Assembly (NCBI RefSeq): GCF_006345805.1
Contig: NC_043005.1
Span: 20,026,001 to 20,090,000 of the forward strand
DNA from: Octopus sinensis
Taxonomy: Eukaryota
DNA length: 64,000 nucleotides
Direction of reading: 5' to 3'
The notes below the pieces were generated by a model that worked only from the letters and a program-made list of their open reading frames with translations, searched no databases and had not been told where the DNA came from. Both the position numbers and the translations under genes were made by a program. This document shows positions 54,236-64,000 of the stretch, one piece after another (positions within the stretch are counted from its first letter, which is position 1; each line of letters begins with the position of its first letter).

Positions 54236-54409
54236 ATGCATGCATGTTGGTGAAGGTCACAGGATAACAGTGCATGCACTGAATTATTACAAATATAACT
54301 GATTGATAGAAATAGCAGCTGAGCATGAATAAAATACACATGTACATAGGTGCAGGCTTGATTGTATGGTTAAGAAATTTGCTTTACAGCCACATGGTTG
54401 TGAGTTTAA

Positions 54410-54630
54410 CCCTTTTGTTAAAATATTCTGTCGAAATGCTCTGTGTTTCTTTCAATTAATTTTAAATATAACAAAGAATTTAGTAAAATAACTTAGTTAT
54501 CATTCAGCTAGTGTTAGGAATATAAATTGTGATTAAAGTCTGGTGGAAGATTTTAATTCAAAAGTTGTGAAAACAAGACATTTGTACCACAGAGCCAGAG
54601 ACGGTTTCAGCCGGGCTGGTAACAAAAGGG
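54410..54630. mobile_element. piggyBac-type MITE inserted in a SINE
   Basis: TTAA-cccttttgtta ... taacaaaaggg-TTAA (11-bp TIR, TTAA duplication). SINE sequence continues on both sides. Confidence 0.8.
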
Positions 54631-56309
54631 TTAATCTCAATGAAAGGTAGCTTGGACAAGCACCATCTACTATAGTTGTAAATTGACTAATACTTTACTT
54701 TAACTAGAGAAGAGAAAGTGTTTGGAAACTTGTGATAAAATACACCTAGGACAATCAGTAGTGTGGTTGGTGATGGCATCCAACTGTAAGAAGGATGCCA
54801 AAAATGGAATGTACAAGCAAAGAGTGTTCCCTAGTAGGTTGAAGAAGACTGAACTTGGAATATCACAATCTGTCCTACCCATATCAGCATGGAAAAGCAA
54901 ATATAAAATGATGATGATCATCATCATCATAACAACAGTATTTTAGTAAATCATGACTATTCAAATATTAGGTTTATAAAAGGGCAAAGGAGACACATTT
55001 AATATCTGTTACTTTTTGAGAAAATATACCTCAGCTATAGTTTACAGTAAATGCTAGATTTTGGCCCTTTGTGTATTATATAACCTACTCATAAGCATTT
55101 TACATTTTATTAAATATTTCAAAAGGATAATTCTCAATCTCCATAACGCTTTCAGAATTCTACCATAACCCATAGCTTGAGAGGTGTTGCCTTCAAAGAT
55201 TAGCAGATAGAATTAGAAATGATTTATGATGCAGTCCATATAGAGATTGAACAAACCTTATAATTTTCGAAGGAAATGATCTTTTAATAGTTGGATTTCT
55301 AAATCATTTAGTTCTTAGCATTGCAGCTTTCTTTCATGAATAAGATATAATGTAAATGTTTCCTTGTTTAAAGAAGAACCAAAATAGCCACAAGGATATT
55401 AAATGTTGGACTACCAGTTCAGCAATTTTGAAACCAAATCTCCTGCATTTTTTCCATTCTGTATTTGGGTAGTACACTCAATTCCTTTTAATTTAGTTCA
55501 CCCAACTATTGGGGGAATAAATATCTCTAGATCACTTGGGAATGTTACCTGAGATAGTCTGGTATTATATCCAGAGGGAGTGTAATTATCTCATTTCATT
55601 TCATATCTACATGAAACTTAAACTAACCACAGCCCCACCTTCTAGAGCCCCTGAGTAGCTTAGGAATGAATATAATTGCCAATATTGTTTATTATTGTTC
55701 ACTTCTACTTGTCTGTAGTGTTTCTTCTCTGATTATGTTTTTCCTAAAGTTCTTCTATACAGATCTTAATGAGGTGGTGATGGTGGATGGCTAATCACAT
55801 TTCATCAACCACCCTTACATTTCTCTTTCTCACAAACAACACTTGCAGCAACTCATCTCAGTAGAGTGTAATAAGTGTAGTAATGTAAGCCTTTATATCA
55901 CCTTCATGATTTCCCTTCTCGCCAAAAGTAATTAAAAGAAAATCAAAAACAAATAAAACACCTGTCAGGGCAATCCACTAAATGTTTTGCAATAGATACT
56001 AAGTGGCTGATATTAATTTCTCCCACCCCCTTTAATGGATGGTGGGGATAGCTATGATGATTAAATACATATGCACTAGTGTCATATAATATCCCGTAAA
56101 GTAATGAATTTTGTTTTATATAGCTTTTGTCTTTACTTTGTCATTTTGTTTTCGTTTTTTGATTTTAGAAATATTACTTCACAACCCTGCTTTCATCTTA
56201 GTAGAAAGATCATGTACTTTGCTATTCTCAAACCAACAACCATAGGAACTTAGATTATTAAAAAAAAAGAAAGCTCATATTTTTACATTTAAAATGAGAC
56301 ACACATGAA

Positions 56310-56830
56310 TATATGCATGGGTTAGTGTTTAAGATGTTTACTCTGCAACCATAACGCCCTGGGTTTGATTCCACTGCATGGAATTTGGGGCAAATATCAT
56401 TTTTCTGTAGCCTCAAGTGAAAATGGGTTGACAGAGACTGAGTGGAAACTCAATTGATGGATTGTACATATAATTCAGAGGTACAGCTTCATCACACACT
56501 GTGTCATGCTGGTTCTGACTGAGAACTATATTAAGGGTATGTGTGTCTATGGAATACTCAGCCACTTACAAGCCAATTCAGAAGCAAGTAATTCAGTTAC
56601 TCAAACAACTGAAACTGCATCATCAAAGCAGCTGAAAAAATCATCTATTTATATGTATTGATTGAATATTGTCATCGCAATATAACTAGCACTCCATCAG
56701 TTATGATGACGAGGGTCCCAGTTCATCTGATCATCATAACAGCCTGCTCATGGAATTAACATGCAAGTGGCTGAGAAAGAGAGATTCAGCATGACACAGA
56801 ATGTGACAATGCTGGCTCTTTGAATTACAG
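56310..56830. mobile_element. Two opposed SINE remnants (about 56310-56620 plus, 56690-56830 minus)
   Basis: cacactgtgtcatgctg..ctcagccacttacaag versus catgcaagtggctgag..cagcatgacacagaatgtg. Confidence 0.6.
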
Positions 56831-56879
56831 TTGCTATTGGACTGTTGCAGAGTGGACATCATCATATATTGTATATTTT

Positions 56880-57250
56880 TACAGCACATTGATGAAACTG
56901 CAACAAAAGTCTTCCCAATTAAGTGCAAGTTCTCTCATCAGCTGAAGCCATAGTGTTACTTCATTTTGACTTTCTTGGAGTGTTTTCTTGACAGAGACAT
57001 TAGGGTTGGTACACCATTGCCTTTCCCAACTGGATGGCTGTTGGCCCACAAGGAAGTCATCCACCCTTCAACAGGTCTTGCTTTTAGTCCTGCTGAGTGT
57101 CCAAACACCCTCCTTGCAAGAGTCGCAAACTAACCGAGTGGGGTGGAGTGAACCAAGTTTAGTCACCAATTTCTTGATTATGGAACAAGTAGTACTGGTT
57201 TACATGGTACTAGTAGCATGGCATAGCAGCCTGTGATGAGATCCGTGACA
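56880..57250 (-). mobile_element. Old LINE RT C-terminal remnant (RTE-X-like)
   Basis: Minus strand ITGCYAMLL..NQEIGD..ARRVFGH..LW, resembling DGCYTRMLR..NEELYG..RRL..AGH..LW. Heavily decayed. Confidence 0.4.
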
Positions 57251-59479
57251 TAACTGAAAATACAAAGAGGTAAAAAAAAAGAGTACATATAGTTAATTTA
57301 TTTCTTCAAAGCTGGAGATTCACTCTGTCACTACTCAAAGTTCCTTGCTTCATGTGATTATTCAGGCAATAACAAGGATTGCCATCTGAAGAATTCCACA
57401 TAGTAATAAATTCTGAATAGTGGCTTTGGGTATGTTTGCATTGAAAGAGTGGAAGGTAATGTAGAGTTAAGGGAATTCTTTAGTGTTGCAGGAGACAAAG
57501 AAATCTCTCAAGTGCTGGTGGTTTGATACAATGCACCAGGTGCACTCTGTAGACTGGATAGTGACAGAAAGGGTATCAAGCCATAGAGAACTTGTTTTAA
57601 CCAAAACAGTTTTCTGAGCTGTCTTTGAAGCCTGAAATTCTGAATACTAACTAACTCAGACCATATGACCCCATCCAACATGTTCCAACATAAGAAATGG
57701 ACATTAAAAAAAATGAGGATAAATATATATAAACTATGAATGCACAAATATAATACTTTCTTTAATTCTTTTACTAGTTTCAGTTATTGGACTGTGGCCA
57801 TGCAGATACTTTTTTTGTGTCTGACTCAGCAGATGAAAAGGGAAGTTGATTGAGGAGAGGATTTTACCATTGAACACAAAGGGACTTGACCAAATACCTC
57901 AAAGTTATTTTGTCTGATGCTCTACCACTTCTGTTAGTCCTTCTGCCCTCATCATTTTCTAAAATGTACATTTTCTATCCAGCCCTAGGTTAGTCACCAA
58001 TAAATATAATCTTATGATTTTTCTGAATGTAGTCTATGTTCTGTGTTGTTGCTGTTATCAGTGGGAAATCAGTGACCAAGCAGAACCATTAGAGCATTGG
58101 ACAAAATGCCTCATAGTATTTGTTCCAGCTTTTTACATTCTGAGCTCAACTCCAATCAAAATCAACTTTGCTTTTCATTCTTTCAGGGTCAATAAAATAA
58201 AGTACCAGTCAAGAGCCACGGTTGATGGAATTGACTAACCTCCTCTTCTCAAAATTGCTGGCCTTGTACCAAAATCAGAAATCATTATCACAGGGTGATA
58301 GAACAACAGAATCACTAGAATATTGGGCAAAATATCTTGTGGTATTTATCTATCATCTGAATTCAAAATCTGATAAAGTCATCCACTTGTGGTTGATAAA
58401 CCAAAGTCCTAGTCAAGTACTTGGGTCAGTTTAATTGACTAACACTCTTCCCACAGATTTGAAGCCCTTTGATAAAAACTGTTATCATTATAATGTCTAT
58501 TTTATTATATTGGTAAAAGGGTGGACGGTTTGTTTGGTTAATATTATAGCATTTGTTTCAAGCTACAGCATCTGTTGCCATCATTCCAGTTCTCTTTTGT
58601 TTCTTCATCTTGGTCTATATTATTTCCTTAGCCTATCTCCACCACAATAGTGAATTAATGGTACTCTTTCATCTAGCATGTGCTCTCTATCAATGCATTA
58701 AGTGTCTATACCTGTACAATTTACCTCTCCCTCTATCTCTCCCTGCACACACTTATGTTAGTTTTGATACCAGACACATTAATTCATTCAAGCTCAGATT
58801 TGCACGCTGTATGAAACATTAAACATCCAATAGATTAGATCAAACTCACACTTCTCTAGCTTTCTTGCTATGGAAAATTTTATATATTATGCATTTCAAT
58901 TAGTACTTAATTAGTGCTTCTGTCCTAATTTGAAGTAATCTATTAATCAGTGGCCAATAGTGGATAATAAACGGAGTGTATTGCACATTATAGGTTCAAT
59001 AGCTATTCTATTTGGCTGTCTACAATCATTTGTGTACAGAAATATACAAACAAGTATGTCTTAGGTAGCAGTATTTGATATATAAATGTGAAAGTGAAAT
59101 AGTTTTACAGGGAAAACACTAAGGCAATAGCAGTCAGGCACTCACAATCTTGATGCTCTTAGTTGTAAGTTGTCTTCCTCAAAATTCCCCAAAACAGTAG
59201 AAAATATGAAATAAATTACAATTTAGAATTAAGTGAAACATTTTTGTGACAGTAAATGTAAAATAAATAGAAGCATATGTGTGTGCATATGAGTGTGTAA
59301 TCCAGTTAAAAGGTTAACTGCCACCTGTGACTCATTTCTATGGGAATTGTTTCAGGGAAACAGGTGGGCATGTCTAACAGTTAAACTCTTCAATAAATTG
59401 TATAAATTATTTCACTAGCCTTGTATTAAATCCTCTTCATAATTTATAGTCTCCTTTCTTCATTGAATAAGCATCAGCA

Positions 59480-59842
59480 AAAGCTGTGTAGTAAATAGCT
59501 TGTTTACCAACCACATGATCCTGGGTTCAGTCCAACTGCGTGGCACCTTGGGTAAGTGTCTTCTACTATAGCCTTGGGTCAACCAAAGCCTTGTGAATGG
59601 ATTTGGTAGACGGAAACTGAAAGACGTTTGTCGTGTACGTGTCTGTGTTTGTCCCTCCAGCATTGCATGACAACCAATGTTGGTGTGTTTATGTCCCCAT
59701 AACTTAGCAGTTCAGCAAAAGTGACCAATAGAATAAGTACTAAGCTTACAAAGAATAAGACCCGGGGTCAATTCACTCGACTAAAGGTGGTGTTCCAGCA
59801 TAGCCGCAGTCAAATGACTGAAACAAGTAAAAGAATAAAAGA
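59480..59842 (+). mobile_element. Full-length tRNA-derived SINE (CORE-like)
   Basis: Collinear with 14945-15372. Confidence 0.88.
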
Positions 59843-61589
59843 ATCACCATGTAAACATGTGTGTGTGTGTGTGTGGTGTGTGTGTGTGCACGTGAGTGTA
59901 CATACATACATATGTTTATACATAGATATAAACCTATCATTTTACATTCATTTTCTTTGCTCACATAGATTAGAGAGTTTTCACCTATGTAGCATTCTAT
60001 CACTTATTCAGTATTCCTTTGTGAAGTTCAGCATCCTGAGATCAGCTTTTACCACTTCTACCTATATCCTTCTTGTCCTTCCATATGGATCTCCTGGCAT
60101 TTCTTCACTCAACTGTCATCTATATGCATTCAATGTCCATACCAACATATTTATCTCTCTCTCTCTCTCTCTCTCTCTAGATACACACACACACACACAC
60201 ATATTCATTTGTTTTACATCTGTTTTTCTGTGCTAGCATGGAGTAGATGCATGTATTATTGAGGCATTGTTTTGCAGCTGGATGCCCTTCCTGTCACTCC
60301 CCCTTACTTGTTTGCAAACAAGGCTCTCTCTCATTTCACATGCCTCTGAAGGTTTGAAGTGAGTGGACAATTTCTTGACAAAAGAAGTGAAAACAACAAC
60401 ACTGCTTGTAGCAAGTGGCTTTTGTAAAGTAGAAATGCAAGCAAACACACAAGCATGCACATACGCACACATACACACACACACCACACACACACACATG
60501 TACATTCATACATGCCAGGCTTCTTTCAGTTTCTATTTACCAAATTCACTCACAAGGGCTTTGATAAGCCTAAGACTATAGTAGAAGATGCTTAAGATAC
60601 CACACAGTGGAACTGAACCCAAAACTATGATTGGGAAACAAACTTCCTAACCACACAACCATGCCTTTGTATATATCTACACACACACATACACACACAC
60701 ACACACACATTAACTTTAACTGAAACAGCTTACACTCCTTATTTTATGGTTAAATAGTTAGTAATAAGAAGGGCATCCAGCTGTAAAAAGAAGCTCGGCA
60801 ATACATAATCCATCCTATTCATGCGGGCATGCAAAAATGAATGTAAAAAATGCACGTGAATATACACATAAAAAATATCAGGGGGGAAAAAAATTTACCA
60901 ATCAATGAAAATAATCAATAATTTATGTATGATATAGAATTACTTGCCCTCCCTCCGTTACAAATGTCTCCAACCACAAAAGCAATTATGTTTTTAAATA
61001 ACTAATTTTTACTGAATATTAACATTTTAATTCTGGTTTTGGTCTTGGTTTGTTTTCTTGTTTTTTTTGTTGTTTCTTTTTATTTTGTTTTGTTTTTCCC
61101 CCTTCTTCTCCAACATTGCAACATGTTCCTAGATACACTGAAATCTTCCATTTTCTGTCGCCTCAAAGCTGGTTTCCATTTTTTTTCATTGCAACTTTAC
61201 AATTAAAAAGTACCTAAATAAATATATGAATAATCAATAAATATTCATTTCCAGTCTTGAAATAAGCAATTATGAAAACACTTATTAAATGGTTTGTTTT
61301 ATTGTTTTTGTTGTTTGTTTTCACTTAATGTTTGTTAATTGTTAGGTGGAGACAGTTGACACCTCTCACTTGTCTTATATTCAAGCAAAAGAAAGACAAA
61401 TAAACAATGGTTTTGAAAAAGAAAAACTGTTTTTGGTCTACAATTGCATTTAACTACCAGTTCAGTGAAAGTCCTGAAGGTGAATTAACAGATATTTCTG
61501 CCAAGAAATATGACATGAGAAAATCAAACGACCAAGTTTTGGGAAATGTATCAGAAAATTATAAATCATTATAACAGGTATAGTGATGC

Positions 61590-61967
61590 AAACAAGAGAA
61601 ATAGAACTCAGGGAATGCGAACCTCCACCAAGGCAGCCTCAATATCCTCTCAATGATTAGCTGGAGATGACTTTTAAAATGAGAATATCTGAAATAAACA
61701 CGACTGCTCTCGCAAATGAGAATACTAAAAATGAACCCAACCACTCTCAAAAATTAAGCAAAAAAAAACAGGTAAAATATTCCAAAATCCTTGTCCGGTA
61801 CTGGATCGATCCCAAAATCTAATTAGTTTGTGCCAGTCACAAGGTCAAACATCACTGAAAGTTTCATCTGAATCCATCCCACAGTTCTTGAGATATCTTA
61901 TCCCTGGACAAACAAACAAACACAACTGAAAACAATACCTCTGCCTTTGCTAAGGTGAAGGTAAAAA
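61590..61967 (+). mobile_element. Non-autonomous Helentron-associated-type element (HINE/DINE-1-like)
   Basis: 5' subterminal acctccaccaaggc, internal (ACAA)n, and a 3' hairpin tacctctgcc-tttgctaa-ggtgaaggta whose right arm is complementary to the 5' motif. Confidence 0.55.
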
Positions 61968-62003
61968 TAGAACTCAAAATATGATTATTTGTATATTTTT
62001 ATT

Positions 62004-62124
62004 AATGTTTTGCAGAAGCAACAGAGTGACTTAAGGGCCAAGAGTCTCATGCATTGATGCTAATCAAGTGCCAACGCATGAAACTCTCGGCCCTTGAGTC
62101 ACTCTGTTGCTTCTGCTAAATATT
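62004..62124. repeat. Foldback (about 49-bp arms, 23-nt spacer) carrying the 3' half of a hammerhead motif
   Basis: gcagaagcaacagagtgacttaagggcc / ggcccttgagtcactctgttgcttctgc; GAAACTC(62080)..GAGTC(62100)-actctg. Confidence 0.75.
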
Positions 62125-62376
62125 GATAAACATATAACTCATAATAGCCGTAATTTCTTAGAGATACATAGCCATAAACTTGGGGTAAGTGATTTGTCAA
62201 TTAAATTAACTTAAATCAACCTCAGTACATCACTGGTACTTTATTTTATCACCATCAAAAGGGGAAAAAGCAAAGTTGGCTTTGACTGGTTTTGAGCTCA
62301 AAATGTAAAGTAATCAGAGAAATACCTCCTAACATTTTGCCTGAATCTATAACATTTCTGTCTGTTAACCACCTTC

Positions 62377-62409
<33 letters not shown>

Positions 62410-62412
<3 letters not shown>

Positions 62413-62625
62413 GTTTCGAATGTTGGAACAAGGACAGCAATATTTGGTTTGAGATTAGTTGATTACATCAACCCCAGTACATAACTAGTACTTATCTCAT
62501 TGGCCCAGAAAGGATGAAAGGCAAAGTCGACGTTGGCAGAATTTGAACTTGAGATGTAAAGAGCCAGTAGAAAGGCCCCTGAGCATAATATCTGATGTGC
62601 TAACAATTCTGCCAGGTTGCCACCT
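62410..62625 (-). mobile_element. SINE (Meta-like family)
   Basis: Plus strand gaaaggatgaaaggcaaagtcgacgttggcagaatttgaact; preceded by (AAT)n. Confidence 0.8.
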
Positions 62626-63329
62626 TCATAATAATTGTTTCTCACACAGGTATATGATCAGAACTTTGTTCTGATCCCCGTGCTGACTGGTACTTTATTT
62701 CATTGACTTTTGAAAGTTGAAAGGCAAAGTTGGCAGGATTTAAACTCAAAACCTGAGCAAATACTGCAAGGCATTTTATCCAATACTCTTATAATTCTGC
62801 CAATTCACCTTCAGTATATAATTGGTGTGTTTGTGTGTGTGTGTGTGTGTTTGTGTGTGTGTGCATGTTTGTGTGTGTGCATGTGTGTGTGTGTGTGTGT
62901 GGTGTGTGTGTGTGTGTGTGTGTGTGTGTTTACTTGGATGTATTTCTATATATATTTGTAAGTGGCTCTGCATTAGACCAGTAGTTCTCAACATTTATCT
63001 GCTCAAGCACCCATCACCTTTCAAGCCCAGGTTATCCTTACAGCCCCTCATGAACACAATGAATTGAAAAAAGACTATTTTAACAATGTGAAATTTTAAT
63101 TACAGCTGTATCATATAAAATCATATAAAATCAAGGTGTTTGCTAGTATGTACTAAAAAAAGGAAAACAGCCATTTCTGTGGAGATAAAACTTTACAATA
63201 ACAAACAATATTCTATAAAGACATTGCAACCCTCTGTCTCATGCATCCTCTTGCTCATTGTGGGTTGCTTCATAAATATTATTAAATACTATTAATTTGA
63301 ATTTTGATAAATCATTGAGGAATTAATGG

Positions 63330-63700
63330 GATAGGTTTGTTGGGATGTATTCAGTTACTAGGAATACATCCTGGGTTTAAAGAATTTTGTGTGATGAAGT
63401 AATAGTCTGCAATAGTCAAGATGGTCAAAAAGAGGTAAAGTTCATGAGTTTTAAGTTTATATGCCATGAGATGTTGTAATCTGAGGATCTAGGATAGTTC
63501 ATCTGCTTGAAAAAAACTGTTCTAATACTTTTTAAGGAGTGCTTGATTGCAAACATAAGTCAAGAGCTGATCGAGGAGGGCAACAAATTAATATGAGATG
63601 GGGTAGACTGAAAATATATTTAAGAATAATAATTTACTGGGTAGGAGTGTTAATTGTTGTAAGGTATAAGATAATATACTTTAAAAAGTAAATCACCGAA
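63330..63700 (-). mobile_element. Possible old CR1/L2-like LINE remnant
   Basis: Minus strand DHLDYC resembles the RPHLDYC/LEYA motif; otherwise highly decayed. Confidence 0.25.
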
Positions 63701-63965
63701 ATTATAGTAAATTCACTAATTTCTTTTTATAGATACAGTGAAGTGTAGGTAGGGCTAAATAGTGTGTCTGAAATAGATGCTGATATATAGAGGAACGGTG
63801 GTGTTTATAGTTGATCTGTGACTAGAAGGACATGGTGATGTATTGAATAAGTGTTTAAAAGTGCAGGAAGGAAAGGATATAGTTTCATATATATTATGTA
63901 AAAAGGAAGATTAGTGGGGAAATAAAAACAGTTGGGGTTTAAATATATATATAGGAGTATGTATA

Positions 63966-64000
<35 letters not shown>

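Noticed and set aside
56988-57236. 82-aa plus ORF and apparent splice sites around 56884-57269
   Set aside because: No frame stays open between the splice sites, and the minus strand resembles a decayed LINE RT C-terminus.

Overview
AT-rich, microsatellite-saturated eukaryotic DNA. The SINE and LINE-tail families resemble those of coleoid cephalopods, most likely Octopus (inference). It is mostly intronic or intergenic. No long intact host ORF is present, and nearly all ORF-track entries are microsatellite or decayed-transposon readings. Recognisable elements are RTE LINE fragments and many RTE 3' tails, R4/Dong-type LINE ends beside microsatellites, several tRNA-derived SINE families, a near full-length decayed mariner, a piggyBac-type MITE, a Helentron-associated-type element and Penelope-like elements (PLEs). 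The most striking hidden structure is a set of sequence-distinct type I hammerhead ribozyme motifs (CUGANGA...GAAA...GUH, short palindromic stem III), most sitting in foldback or inverted-repeat structures. Four have intact or near-intact cores (18.2, 31.7, 34.1, 46.2 kb) and several more are degenerate. One degenerate pair lies in the tails of a head-to-head tRNA-SINE dimer flanked by an 11-bp direct repeat. A chain of short, phase-compatible + strand exons may belong to an unidentified host gene (low to moderate confidence). All folding and family assignments were made by eye and need computational confirmation.
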